Part shown: one piece after another, positions 29,470-39,999 of the stretch
Numbering within the stretch: position 1 is the stretch's first letter
Layout: each line of letters starts with the position of its first letter
IMG/VR virus record: IMGVR_UViG_3300031963_009771
Span: 1 to 64,000 of that record
Direction: 5' to 3' (one strand)
From: an uncultured virus (IMG/VR IMGVR_UViG_3300031963_009771)
Taxonomy: Duplodnaviria > Heunggongvirae > Uroviricota > Caudoviricetes
Length of the DNA stretch: 64,000 bases
Notes under the pieces: model-generated
Seen by the model: only the letters and a program-made list of their open reading frames with translations
Told to the model about the DNA's origin: nothing
The model's database searches: none
Program-made: the position numbers and the translations under genes

Positions 29470-29730
29470 ATGATTAGTGTAAAAAAATTTAGTGCAAGTT
29501 GGTGTGGGCCATGCAAAGCCTTAAAGCCAGTTTTTGAAGAAGTGAAAAGTGGTTATTCTAATGTAAAGTTCGAAGATATAGATGTTGATGAAAACTTTGA
29601 ATTAGCAGCTCAATACGGAGTTCGTTCAGTTCCGACTGTTGTTATTGAAAAAAATGGTGTGGAAGTAAGTAGATTTAGTGGAGTTCAATCAAAATTAGCA
29701 TATACTAATGCAATTAATGAAAATCTCTAA
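29470..29730 (+). CDS. Thioredoxin
   Basis: WCGPC active site, VRSVPT. Confidence 0.95.
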   Translation: MISVKKFSASWCGPCKALKPVFEEVKSGYSNVKFEDIDVDENFELAAQYGVRSVPTVVIEKNGVEVSRFSGVQSKLAYTNAINENL

Positions 29731-29735
29731 TTCAG

Positions 29736-29766
29736 TTGGAGATTTCAAAAATTATTATTATATTTG
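29736..29766 (+). promoter_or_regulatory. Bacteroidota-type promoter upstream of PolB
   Basis: TTG-N20-TATATTTG. Confidence 0.75.
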
Positions 29767-29782
29767 CTAATTAAAAGTTACG

Positions 29783-32323
29783 ATGTATCAAAATATATAC
29801 TACCAAAGAAATACAAATACTATCCATATATGGGATGATGTAAAGGGATACTTTACAATGCCATATCAACGTTACGCTTTTAAACCTGCGGTAAACGGTG
29901 AATGGACATCCATATATGGAGATAAATTAACAAAGGTTTTTAAATACGAAAAAGAAGATTCATCTTTATTTGAATCTGATGTTCCTGAAATAACCAGAGT
30001 ATTGGTAGATTTATATACCAATTCAGATTTACCCTCCGAAGGGCATAAAGTTCTTACTTTTGATATTGAGGTTGAAATGAATTCTGGTCTACCTGATACT
30101 GAAAAGGCAGAAAACGAAATTACATCAATCGCTGTTCATGATTCAGTTGAAGATTTTTATTATGTATTAGTATTAGACAAGAATCGAACAATACAACCAT
30201 CCAAATCCGGAAATAGATTAGTGGCTCCATTCGATACTGAAAAGGAGATGCTGAATAAATTTTTAGATATATACGAATCTATTTCCCCAACAATTATAAC
30301 CGGATGGAATATAGATTTCTTTGACGTTCCCTATCTATTTAATCGTCTGAAAAACCTTTTGGGTGAAAGACAAGCAAAAAGATTATCTCCGATTAGAGAG
30401 GTATTCTATTCACCTTATAGAAAAAAATGGTTTATTGGTGGAGTATCGGCATTAGATTATTTAGTTCTATATAAAGAATACAATTATACTGAATTAGACA
30501 ACTACCGATTAGATACGGTCGCAAAGATTGAATTAGGTAGAGGTAAGGTTGAATACACCGGAAACTTGGATGAGTTATTTGAAAAAGATAAAGAAAAGTT
30601 TATCGAATATAACTTGGAAGATGTTAGGTTGATTGTAGATATGGATAAGAAGCTACAATTTATCGATTTGTGTAGAGGTATTGCACACGCCGGACACGTT
30701 GCCTATGAAGATGTTTTTTTCACTTCACGACCATTAGAGGGAGCACTCTTATGTTTCTTACGCCAAAGAGGATTAGTAGCACCTAATAAAATGAAGAAAG
30801 AGGATTCAGATAGAATGATTGATTCTATGAGAGAAACCGGTGGAATCGATGAGAGTGCAAAAGATGAAAAGTTTATTGGTGCGTATGTGAAAGACCCTAT
30901 CGTTGGTAAATACGATTGGGTATATGACTTGGATTTAACATCTCTTTATCCATCTATTATTATGACCTTAAATATATCACCCGAAACCAAAATGGGTAAG
31001 GTTGATAATTGGGATATACAAAGATACTTAAAGGGATTGGATGATTCTTATTCAATACAAGGAAAGCAAATTACAAAAGAAAAGTTCAAAGAGTTTCTCA
31101 ACGATAGTGGATACTCTATTGCTTCAAATGGTGTAATTTATAGGAATGATAAAATCGGTTGTATTCCTGCAATATTGGATGAATGGTTTCAAAAGAGGGT
31201 TGAATTCCGAAAGCTAGAAAAGCAATTTGGAGAAGCGGGTGATAAAGAAAAATATGCATTTTATAAGAAAAGACAATTGGTTCAAAAAATTCTTCTTAAC
31301 TCACTTTATGGTGTATTAGGATTACCTTCATTTCGTTTTTACGATATTGATAATGCGGAAGCGGTTACGATTACTGGTCAAACGGTAATTAAATCCACCG
31401 CCGATATGACTAATATAAAATACAATAAAGAGTTAGGAACAAAGGAAGCAGATTACAACATTTATATTGATACTGATTCAGTATTCTTTTCCGCAGTTCC
31501 ATTATTAGACCATAGGCATCCTAATTGGAAACAAATGGAAGATAGTGAAGTTGCTAAATTAGTAGATGGTATCGCTGGAGAAACACAGGATTATCTCAAT
31601 AATTTTTATGATATATTATCTGAAAAATTAATAAATGTTCCAAAAGATAAACATCGTTTTCAGATTAAAAAAGAATTCGTTGCTAGGGCCGGATTATGGA
31701 TTGCAAAGAAAAGATATGCACAATGGATTATTGCAGAAAATGGAGTTCCGGTAGATAGATTAGATGTAAAAGGTTTAGATGTAGTTCGTTCATCGTTTCC
31801 TCAATCATTCAAAGATTTTATGAGGCAAACCCTTATTGATATATTAAAGGGTGAAACAAAGGAAACTATGGATGAAAAGATTATTAATTTCAAAGGTTCA
31901 CTTCCATTAGTTAAACCATATAACATTGCTAAAAGTAGTTCGGTAAAAGAACTTTCAAAATATACTCCCGCAAAAGGCGCGATGTTCCAATTCCTTAAAG
32001 GAACTCCTGCGCATGTTAAAGCTGCTTGGACTTATAATCAATTGTTGAAGCACTTTAATTGTGGGTTTAAATACTCACCTATGAAGAATGGTGATAAAAT
32101 GAAATGGGTATATCTTAAACAAAACCCATTAGGATTAGAAACAATAGCTTTTAAGGGAGCAGATGATCCGGAAGAGGTAGAATCTTTCATCAAAAATTAC
32201 ATTGATTATGATAAGATTTTTGAGCATGAAATGCAGAATAAATTAGAAGATTTTTATAAAGCATTAGGATGGGGGCATTTACAGTTAAAAATTACAAAAT
32301 CTGATAAATTTTTCTCATTTTAA
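29783..32323 (+). CDS. Family B DNA polymerase (gp43-like)
   Basis: Exo FDIE, GWNIDFFD, YNLED; pol DLTSLYPSI, KILLNSLYG, YIDTDS, KKRY; no intein or intron seen. Confidence 0.96.
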   Translation: MYQNIYYQRNTNTIHIWDDVKGYFTMPYQRYAFKPAVNGEWTSIYGDKLTKVFKYEKEDSSLFESDVPEITRVLVDLYTNSDLPSEGHKVLTFDIEVEMNSGLPDTEKAENEITSIAVHDSVEDFYYVLVLDKNRTIQPSKSGNRLVAPFDTEKEMLNKFLDIYESISPTIITGWNIDFFDVPYLFNRLKNLLGERQAKRLSPIREVFYSPYRKKWFIGGVSALDYLVLYKEYNYTELDNYRLDTVAKIELGRGKVEYTGNLDELFEKDKEKFIEYNLEDVRLIVDMDKKLQFIDLCRGIAHAGHVAYEDVFFTSRPLEGALLCFLRQRGLVAPNKMKKEDSDRMIDSMRETGGIDESAKDEKFIGAYVKDPIVGKYDWVYDLDLTSLYPSIIMTLNISPETKMGKVDNWDIQRYLKGLDDSYSIQGKQITKEKFKEFLNDSGYSIASNGVIYRNDKIGCIPAILDEWFQKRVEFRKLEKQFGEAGDKEKYAFYKKRQLVQKILLNSLYGVLGLPSFRFYDIDNAEAVTITGQTVIKSTADMTNIKYNKELGTKEADYNIYIDTDSVFFSAVPLLDHRHPNWKQMEDSEVAKLVDGIAGETQDYLNNFYDILSEKLINVPKDKHRFQIKKEFVARAGLWIAKKRYAQWIIAENGVPVDRLDVKGLDVVRSSFPQSFKDFMRQTLIDILKGETKETMDEKIINFKGSLPLVKPYNIAKSSSVKELSKYTPAKGAMFQFLKGTPAHVKAAWTYNQLLKHFNCGFKYSPMKNGDKMKWVYLKQNPLGLETIAFKGADDPEEVESFIKNYIDYDKIFEHEMQNKLEDFYKALGWGHLQLKITKSDKFFSF

Positions 32324-32324
32324 T

Positions 32325-32355
32325 TTGGAAAATCGAAATAAAACACATATATTTA
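32325..32355 (+). promoter_or_regulatory. Bacteroidota-type promoter (variant)
   Basis: TTG-N20-TATATTTA. Confidence 0.65.
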
Positions 32356-32388
32356 CAACAATAAAAAATAAAAATTAAAACAATCGTT

Positions 32389-33105
32389 ATGGACAAAAAT
32401 CGTTTAAGCCGTTTTATCTCAAAGTATAATTTGGCAGGATTAGTTGAATCAGTTTCTTGGAAAGCAGAAAACAAAACATTAACAACCCGTTTTATCTCCG
32501 ATGATAAGACTGTATTAGGTTCAGTTAGTGTGGTAGATTTCGATTTCGAAGATTCTACTGTCGGTGTTTACAATACAAACACATTAAAAAGTTTATTAGG
32601 TGTATTAGGAAATGATGTAAACATCACTTTGAAAAAAGTTGATGAAAAGCCGATTTCATTATCTCTAACATCAGATGCTACAACCGTTCAATACCAATTA
32701 GCGGATTTAGCAGTTATTCCAAATGTACCGGATTTAAAACAATTACCAGAGTTCGGTATCAGTATTGATATGGATGGTAATTTTATTGAGAAGTTTATCA
32801 AAGCAAAATCAGCGTTGAGTGACATCGATAATTTTACTGTATTGACGGAAAAAGGTAAATTGAAAATTGTTATTGGTTATTCTAACATCAACACTAATAG
32901 AGTTGAGTTGGTAGTTAATGATAGTTTCGATGGAGAAGTAAAACCAATTTCATTCTCCGCAAAGTATTTCAAAGAGATTCTTTCTGCTAACAAAGAGGCT
33001 AACAAAGCAACATTAAAAGTATCGAAAGAAGGATTAGCAAATGTGGATTTCTCTGTTGATGGATTCACTTCATCATATTTCCTAGTAGAAGTTCAATTAT
33101 CATAA
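32389..33105 (+). CDS. Sliding clamp (gp45-like)
   Basis: 238 aa, beta-rich, between polymerase and clamp loader; VSKEGLA. Confidence 0.75.
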   Translation: MDKNRLSRFISKYNLAGLVESVSWKAENKTLTTRFISDDKTVLGSVSVVDFDFEDSTVGVYNTNTLKSLLGVLGNDVNITLKKVDEKPISLSLTSDATTVQYQLADLAVIPNVPDLKQLPEFGISIDMDGNFIEKFIKAKSALSDIDNFTVLTEKGKLKIVIGYSNINTNRVELVVNDSFDGEVKPISFSAKYFKEILSANKEANKATLKVSKEGLANVDFSVDGFTSSYFLVEVQLS

Positions 33106-33123
33106 TTTTAAACAATTCAAAGT

Positions 33124-34068
33124 ATGAGTTTTTTCGAACAACAAGAAGAACAAGTTCACTCACTTTGGGTTGAGAAATATAGACCTACAAAGTTAGATGA
33201 TTATGTAGGTAATGAAAATCTCAAAGCAAAAGTAAAGGGGTATATCGAAAGTGGTGATATACCTCACTTACTTTTCTTCGGTAAAGCGGGGACAGGTAAG
33301 ACAACACTCGCTAAACTAATCGTAAAAAATATCGAATCCGATGTAATGATTATCAACGCATCTGATGAGAACAATGTTGATACGGTTCGTAATAAAGTGA
33401 AAAACTTTGCAAGTGGAGTTGGATTCAAGCCATATAAGATTATTATATTGGATGAGTTTGATTATATGACACCTAATGCACAGGCGTTGTTAAGAAACTT
33501 AATGGAAACATTTAGTAAGCATTGTAGATTCATTTTGACGTGTAATTACATAGAGAAAATCATTCTTCCAATTCAAAGTAGATGTCAATCATTTCAAATT
33601 GTACCCCCAACAAAGAAAGATGTAGCGGTTCAAATTGCTAAAATTCTAAAAGAAGAGGATATACAATTTAATCCGGCTGATTTAGTTCCTATTGTAGATG
33701 GATATTATCCTGATATCAGAAAAATTATTAATACCTGTCAATTAGCTTGTGTTAATGGTGTTTTGAAAACTGATAGTGCTACAATAGTTGATTCTGATTT
33801 TCGTATCAAATTAGTAGAAATACTAAAATCAAAAGATGAAGTTAGGAATAAGTTTATGGTAATAAGACAATTAGTAGCTGATAATCGTATTTCAGATTTT
33901 ACTGATGTTTATTCGTTTCTATATGATAAGTTGGATGATTACGCAAAAGGAAATACTGCAAATGTTATTATTGCATTAGCGGAAGGAACATCAAAAGATG
34001 CATTAGTAGTTGATAAGGAGATTACATTTATGGCAACTATTATTTCAGTAATACAATTAGTTAAATAG
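33124..34068 (+). CDS. Clamp loader large subunit (gp44/RFC-like AAA+)
   Basis: WVEKYRP, GKAGTGKTT, INASDE, LDEFD, QSRC. Confidence 0.93.
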   Translation: MSFFEQQEEQVHSLWVEKYRPTKLDDYVGNENLKAKVKGYIESGDIPHLLFFGKAGTGKTTLAKLIVKNIESDVMIINASDENNVDTVRNKVKNFASGVGFKPYKIIILDEFDYMTPNAQALLRNLMETFSKHCRFILTCNYIEKIILPIQSRCQSFQIVPPTKKDVAVQIAKILKEEDIQFNPADLVPIVDGYYPDIRKIINTCQLACVNGVLKTDSATIVDSDFRIKLVEILKSKDEVRNKFMVIRQLVADNRISDFTDVYSFLYDKLDDYAKGNTANVIIALAEGTSKDALVVDKEITFMATIISVIQLVK

Positions 34069-34340
34069 TGAATGATTTTTTAGTTTATTTATTTGTTGTA
34101 TTTTCTCAATTAGCGTTAGCCGTATTTAAAGTTTTAGAAATAAAATGGGTAGTTGAAAATGATATAACAAAATCAGTTTTATTATTTAATATACAAACTG
34201 CCTTTTGGATTGCATCAACCGCGTATTCAGTAGATAGTTTTTTAAAGGGTGATTGGGTTACAATTATCCTATTTCTTTTATCTGGCTCTATTGGTAAGAT
34301 AATAATCCTCAAATACTTTAAGAAAAAAGAAAAGTTTTAA
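34068..34340 (+). CDS. Small membrane protein
   Basis: 90 aa with about three hydrophobic segments; GTG start. Confidence 0.6.
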   Translation: MNDFLVYLFVVFSQLALAVFKVLEIKWVVENDITKSVLLFNIQTAFWIASTAYSVDSFLKGDWVTIILFLLSGSIGKIIILKYFKKKEKF

Positions 34341-35800
34341 TGTGCGGAATAATAGGAGGTAATTGGTTTACATCAATAAAGCAAACCAAAGACCATTTAC
34401 AAAAAATAATTCATAGAGGTAGAGATGCTTCTATTGTAGATGTAATTGATGACATCTATGTAGGGCATAACCGCCTTTCAATACAAGACCTTTCCTCAAC
34501 TGCGAATCAACCAATGTGGAATGAAGATAAGACGGTTTGTATTGTATATAATGGGGAACTTTGGGATAGCGTTGAAACTAAAGAATTGAAGTCATCTCTA
34601 AAAACAAAGTTCAAAACTAAATCTGATACTGAAATAATTTTAAACGCATATTGTGAATTTGGAACTAAATCATTTGAGTTATTAGATGGTATGTTTTCAT
34701 TTGCAATAGTTGATACTAAAATAGATAAGGTATTTGTAGTTAGAGATTATGTAGGTGAACTTCCACTTTGGTATGGGATTGATAACGATGGTAAGTTAGT
34801 ATTTTGTTCCGAAAAGAAAGGCCTTCCACTTACTGATTTATATGATACACAAGTAAAGGCAATTTATCCTGGTACTTATTTAGAATATAATTACAAAACA
34901 TTAGAACATTCAGCCCAAACTTATTACAAACTTCCAACTGAAATAATAAATGATGATAGAGAAACTATTGTCAATAACATTAGAAAAATGTTAGAAGAAG
35001 CCGTAAAAGTAAAGATGGTTTCAGATGTTCCCATTTGCACAATTCTAAGCGGTGGTATTGATTCAGTAATTACAACTTATATACTTTCGCGTATTAAGCC
35101 TGACATTGAGGCATTTGTAGTTTCAATGGGAGATGGTGATACAAAGAACGATGATATAAAATATGCACGAATTGCTGCAAAAGAATTCGGTGTTAAGTTG
35201 CATGAAATTATATTGACTGAAAAAGATGTAGAAGATGCAATTGAAGAAACACTTTATGTGATTGAACAAAGTAGATGGCAAAATGTTGGTTCAGCGATTG
35301 CACAAATAGCCCTATCCAAAAAAATAAATGAGTTAGGATTTAAAGTTGTGTTTAGTGGAGACCTTTCAGATGAGATATGGGGAAGTTATGGACATATTCA
35401 GGCGTTTCATTGGAGACCGGAAGATTACGATAAGGCAAGAAGAAAGTTAGTAGAAGATGTTCATAAAACAAACTTTCTAACAACGAACCAATCTATTATG
35501 TGGGGTGGAACCGTAGAGGTTAGAACTCCTTATAGTTGGAGACCGTTTGTAGAATATACACTAAACATTCCACCCCTTTATCAAAAAGAAGGTGGACATA
35601 TGAAACCCTTATTAAGAGCAGCATTTAAGGGAGAGATTTCAGATGAACTTCTTTATAGACCTAAGGTTTACTTTGCAAAAGGCTGTAGAACCGGTGATAT
35701 GATGGAACTTCGTAAAGATACTTTGAAATCTCAATTAAAATCCTTATATTCGTATAAGAATGATATACTACTTAATAAATTTTTCTCAATAAATGGTTAG
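34340..35800 (+). CDS. Asparagine synthetase B-like glutamine-dependent amidotransferase
   Basis: N-terminal MCGI (Ntn Cys), HRGRD, GHNRLSIQD, NGELW, SDTE, LSGGIDS, SGDLSDE, EVRTPY, KPLLRAAF; C-terminal NKFF. Confidence 0.9.
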   Translation: MCGIIGGNWFTSIKQTKDHLQKIIHRGRDASIVDVIDDIYVGHNRLSIQDLSSTANQPMWNEDKTVCIVYNGELWDSVETKELKSSLKTKFKTKSDTEIILNAYCEFGTKSFELLDGMFSFAIVDTKIDKVFVVRDYVGELPLWYGIDNDGKLVFCSEKKGLPLTDLYDTQVKAIYPGTYLEYNYKTLEHSAQTYYKLPTEIINDDRETIVNNIRKMLEEAVKVKMVSDVPICTILSGGIDSVITTYILSRIKPDIEAFVVSMGDGDTKNDDIKYARIAAKEFGVKLHEIILTEKDVEDAIEETLYVIEQSRWQNVGSAIAQIALSKKINELGFKVVFSGDLSDEIWGSYGHIQAFHWRPEDYDKARRKLVEDVHKTNFLTTNQSIMWGGTVEVRTPYSWRPFVEYTLNIPPLYQKEGGHMKPLLRAAFKGEISDELLYRPKVYFAKGCRTGDMMELRKDTLKSQLKSLYSYKNDILLNKFFSING

Positions 35801-36374
35801 AATACTTAATATACAAAATGAGGGTGATGAAATGGATGCAGCCATCAGAGAAGCAATGGAAATAATTGATTTATATCCAAAAGTATTTCCCCATTTGGCT
35901 GGACAAGGATTTAAGTTGAAAAAATACTTTAATAAACCTAATGGTGGTGTAGTATTGCAAGATGGCGTAGTTATAACCTTTGAGAAAAGCAAGGGTAATT
36001 CTAAGATTGCAAGAAAGACATTTGCTAGAAAGAAAAAAGGTGATATGATTATTCACCAAATAGCATCAAAAGAAAGAAATGGTTCTGCTCAAAAAGTATT
36101 TAATCAGTTTGTAGAGTATTGTAAATCAAAGCAATGTGAAAACATTATTCTATCAGTTAGAACTGCAAACGAAACAGCTAGAAAATTTTACGAAAGAAAT
36201 GGGTTTGAATTAGTAGATGAAAATAGTGAAATGTGGCATGGTAAAAAAGAAGGATTTATTTCTGGCTCAATTTATAAGTTGAGATTACCGGCTCATAAAA
36301 ATATAGAAACCATCATTGATAATAAAAAATATAACTTTATAAGAAATGTATTTAGATTATTTCGACAAATTTAA
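35793..36374 (+). CDS. GNAT-family acyltransferase
   Basis: IHQIAS...RNGSAQ, LSVRTANETARKFYERNGF. Confidence 0.85.
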   Translation: MVRILNIQNEGDEMDAAIREAMEIIDLYPKVFPHLAGQGFKLKKYFNKPNGGVVLQDGVVITFEKSKGNSKIARKTFARKKKGDMIIHQIASKERNGSAQKVFNQFVEYCKSKQCENIILSVRTANETARKFYERNGFELVDENSEMWHGKKEGFISGSIYKLRLPAHKNIETIIDNKKYNFIRNVFRLFRQI

Positions 36375-37575
36375 GGGAATGACTCCTTACTTACACATAG
36401 GTAAAGAGGAGTGGACGTATATAAAAAATACATTCGATATTAATGATGTTAAGGAAACATTGGCCGACATTCTTATGGAATACCCAATACCTTACGCACA
36501 AATTTCTGATGCAGAAGTATTAGATGCGTATAAGAAATTAAAAGGTACATGGTGGGCTGACATTCTTAAAGAAGGAGAATGGTTTCCACGAAAAGCATCA
36601 GAAAGCAGATACCCAATAACATTTAGAGGTAAACAACAATACTTCAGTAGAAATAATGTTGGTAATGAATCCTCTAATTTTTTCCAACAGGCAAATCGTT
36701 GGAGTGTAGACGGTACCGTTTCACCTGGCCCAAAAAGAACTTGGGAAACAAGAGAGTTTATGGTTTCACTTATGGGTGGATTATATACTCTTAAATTTGA
36801 TGAGATAGATAGAAACTCTTTGAGAACTTGTTTAGGTTTAAGAAAATACATTTGTGCACAATTTAAACCTAATGTGGCAAAGGCATTATACGATTATCTT
36901 AAAGTAGAGAATGTATTAGATTTTTCAGCAGGATGGGGAGACCGTTTAGCGGGATTCTATGCAAGTGAAACCGGAAAGCATTATGTAGGCGTAGACCCTA
37001 GAAAAGAAAATCACCCGATATATCGTCAGCAAGCAGATTGGTATGAAAAACACCGAACATTTTTTGAAATAGAAAAGAAAGCAGATTTTCATTGCTCACC
37101 TGCCGAAGATTTAGATTTTTCACAATATACCGACCATTTTGATATAGTATTTACATCACCTCCTTACTTTAATGTTGAGAGGTATTCTTATGATGATACT
37201 CAAAGTTGGGTAAGATATAAATCTATTGATGCATGGAATGAACAATTTTTACATAAAGTAATTCATAACTTATGGCCAACTATTCGTAAAGGAGGTTATT
37301 TGGCAGTGAACATTGCAGATGTTTATGCTAAATCAAATGATAGAGAAAAGGGTTATGTTGAAATTACAAACCCAATGAATGATTATATCCAAACATTAGG
37401 TGCGGAATACGAAGGATGTTTGGGCATGGAGATGGCAAAGAGACCTGGTTCAGCAGGAGCGGGGGCAATTATTGAAGGTGATGAAGACCGTTATACCGAA
37501 GAGGCATTAGAAAAAGCAAAGGAAGCGGAAGGTAAAAGATTTTGTGAACCTATTTGGATATGGAGAAAACTATAA
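36346..37575 (+). CDS. SAM-dependent DNA methyltransferase-like protein, paralog 1
   Basis: QFKPNVAK, LDFSAGWGDRL, YVGVDP, FTSPPYFN, EPIWIW. Confidence 0.82.
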   Translation: MYLDYFDKFKGMTPYLHIGKEEWTYIKNTFDINDVKETLADILMEYPIPYAQISDAEVLDAYKKLKGTWWADILKEGEWFPRKASESRYPITFRGKQQYFSRNNVGNESSNFFQQANRWSVDGTVSPGPKRTWETREFMVSLMGGLYTLKFDEIDRNSLRTCLGLRKYICAQFKPNVAKALYDYLKVENVLDFSAGWGDRLAGFYASETGKHYVGVDPRKENHPIYRQQADWYEKHRTFFEIEKKADFHCSPAEDLDFSQYTDHFDIVFTSPPYFNVERYSYDDTQSWVRYKSIDAWNEQFLHKVIHNLWPTIRKGGYLAVNIADVYAKSNDREKGYVEITNPMNDYIQTLGAEYEGCLGMEMAKRPGSAGAGAIIEGDEDRYTEEALEKAKEAEGKRFCEPIWIWRKL

Positions 37576-38783
37576 AAGAATACTTTAGTAAGTTTTATGA
37601 TATGAAACCATACCTCACTATTGATGAGGAGGAGTGGGCATATATTTTAAAAACTTATGATAAAGAAGAAATTATAGAAACCCTATCAGAAGTCTGTCAT
37701 ACATATCCATTACCTATACCGGTTTATACTAATGAAGAGGTATTAGAAGATTACAAAAAATTAAAAGGAACTTGGTGGCCTGATATATTGATTGAAGGTA
37801 ATTGGTTTCCTCGTAATGGTAGAGAGAGTAAATACCCACTTACATTTGATGGTAAGTTTATGTATTTCAAAAAGTATACCGTTGGTAATAAAGCATCCAA
37901 TAAATTCCACGTAGAGAACCGATATAAAGTTGATTGGGTAAGAGGCCCATCCGGTTGGAGAACGTGGCAGACAGTTGAAGGAATAAAGACCATTGTAAGA
38001 GCATTCTTTACATTAGATAAGGTTTTAACTGATGTAAGCATTAATACCTTAAAGATGGCGATGAATTTGAGAAAATATGTAGCATCTCAATTCAAACCAA
38101 ATGTTGCAAAAGCACTTTACGATTATTTTAAATCCGAATACATTTTAGATTTTTCGGCAGGATGGGGTGATAGATTTGCAGGATTTTATGCGGGTGATAA
38201 TACTAAACATTATGTTGGTATAGACCCGAACTTAAATAATCATCAACACTATCTTTTGCAAGAAGAATACTATAAGTTTAATCAAACATTTTTTGAGAGT
38301 GAAAAAAGAGCTACATTTATTCCACAACCGGCGGAAGATGTAGATTATTCGGAATATGAAAATTATTTTGATACAATTTTTACTTCACCACCTTACTTCA
38401 ATACTGAAAGGTATTCAGATCACGATACTCAATCTTATTTGAGATATAAAAAAATAGATGATTGGAATACTAATTTTTTACATAAGGCATTAGAGAAAAT
38501 GATTCCGACTTTGAAGAAGGGTGGAATCTTAGCCGTAAACATTTCAGATGTGTTTTCTGCACCTGATGGTGGGTATGTAGATATAACCAACGCTATGAAT
38601 GATTTCCTCCATTCTAGGGGGTTAAAATATAGAGGGTGTATTGGCATGGAAATGACGAAAAGACCCAACAGCGGAGGTGCTGGAACTGCCGTAAGTGATT
38701 ATTATTCAGATGATTCAAAGAAGCAAGCGGAAGAAGGAAAAAATCAAGCATTTGGAGAACCAATATGGATATGGGAAAAATAG
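37560..38783 (+). CDS. SAM-dependent DNA methyltransferase-like protein, paralog 2
   Basis: Colinear with preceding gene: QFKPNVAK, LDFSAGWGDRF, FTSPPYFN, EPIWIW. Confidence 0.82.
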   Translation: MEKTIKEYFSKFYDMKPYLTIDEEEWAYILKTYDKEEIIETLSEVCHTYPLPIPVYTNEEVLEDYKKLKGTWWPDILIEGNWFPRNGRESKYPLTFDGKFMYFKKYTVGNKASNKFHVENRYKVDWVRGPSGWRTWQTVEGIKTIVRAFFTLDKVLTDVSINTLKMAMNLRKYVASQFKPNVAKALYDYFKSEYILDFSAGWGDRFAGFYAGDNTKHYVGIDPNLNNHQHYLLQEEYYKFNQTFFESEKRATFIPQPAEDVDYSEYENYFDTIFTSPPYFNTERYSDHDTQSYLRYKKIDDWNTNFLHKALEKMIPTLKKGGILAVNISDVFSAPDGGYVDITNAMNDFLHSRGLKYRGCIGMEMTKRPNSGGAGTAVSDYYSDDSKKQAEEGKNQAFGEPIWIWEK

Positions 38784-39667
38784 ATAAAGTTATATTATGG
38801 GGTTGTTCTATCAGTTATGGATTAAATGCTGATAAGGATAAAATCTATGGGCAAAGAATTGCTGATTGGTTAGGAGTTCCACTAATTAACCTATCAATTA
38901 GTGGTGCAGGTAATATAGTAGGGAGTAATACTCTAATGAATAAACCAATAGAATTTTATAAGAATAGTTTGGTATTATTTCAGACTACATATTTCGAAAG
39001 ACAAATAGATAAAGACCTTATTCCTAATCCTTTTTATGGTAATAGATTTTTTAAAGAAGTAAACTCTAATAGCTTTAGGGTTGATGATTTTAGAGAAGAG
39101 TATGGGGAAAAGGAAGAGATTTTAAGAATAGATGATTGGGTAGGTTATTGGACTGAATACGAAAATTTCTACAATAGAAAGTATTGGCATTACAAAAAAG
39201 ATTTTGACCACACAAAATGGGTTGATTATCTAAAAGAGTTATTTAAACAAAACAGTTATTCGATTTATTTAGTTCACAAATGGTTTGAAAAAAATGAGAT
39301 AGAACACTTATTCTTTGATATACCAATTCCTATTATGGGATATAAACTAAATTACAAAGATTATTATGTAGGGAATTCTACATTTTTCGCTAAATCGATG
39401 GTAAGATTTTTGACAGAGGAAAGTGAAATTAAAAATTGCTTTTATAACACTTTTAAAGATGAAAACTTTTTCTTCATCGATGAGATAGATGAAAAAAATA
39501 AAATAACTGATGTTCTAATTGAACCATTATATAGTGGTAATGATACAACTATATGGAAAGAATGGTTAATGCCGGATAGACCTTATGGAACTCCCGATCC
39601 GTGTCATCCTAATGAAAATGGACACGAAAAAATATTTGAAGTATTAAAAAGAAACATTAAAAAATAA
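38765..39667 (+). CDS. SGNH-hydrolase-like protein
   Basis: LWGCSIS, NLSISGAGN, FQTTYFER, HPNENGH. Confidence 0.65.
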   Translation: MDMGKIDKVILWGCSISYGLNADKDKIYGQRIADWLGVPLINLSISGAGNIVGSNTLMNKPIEFYKNSLVLFQTTYFERQIDKDLIPNPFYGNRFFKEVNSNSFRVDDFREEYGEKEEILRIDDWVGYWTEYENFYNRKYWHYKKDFDHTKWVDYLKELFKQNSYSIYLVHKWFEKNEIEHLFFDIPIPIMGYKLNYKDYYVGNSTFFAKSMVRFLTEESEIKNCFYNTFKDENFFFIDEIDEKNKITDVLIEPLYSGNDTTIWKEWLMPDRPYGTPDPCHPNENGHEKIFEVLKRNIKK

Positions 39668-39678
39668 AAACAAAAACT

Positions 39679-39993
39679 ATGGCACAAATTTTAGGAAACC
39701 AACAATTACCACCTCAGCCAAAAATAGATTGGTCACAGGCACAGGATTTTAATTGTTCAAATTGTGGAGGTGAGTATTTTATCTCCGCAGCTATTATTAA
39801 GAAATTTTCAAAATTGGTAACCGGGACAACAAAAGATGCGGTATTACCATTTGATATATTGATATGCGGAAGTTGTGGAAAGCCCGTTGATGAGTTGATA
39901 CCCGCAGAACTTAGAAAACCAAAACAAGAAAAGCAAGAAGTTAAGACACCTCCTCCACAAGAACCTCAAAGTAATTTAACATTAGAATTGTAG
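39679..39993 (+). CDS. Zinc-ribbon protein
   Basis: CSNCG...CGSCG. Confidence 0.7.
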   Translation: MAQILGNQQLPPQPKIDWSQAQDFNCSNCGGEYFISAAIIKKFSKLVTGTTKDAVLPFDILICGSCGKPVDELIPAELRKPKQEKQEVKTPPPQEPQSNLTLEL

Positions 39994-39999
39994 TAGAGT

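Noticed and set aside
26635..32323. Introns or inteins in nrdA, nrdB, polB (also recA and helicase)
   Set aside because: ORFs are continuous and of ordinary length, with no intein or homing-endonuclease insertions seen
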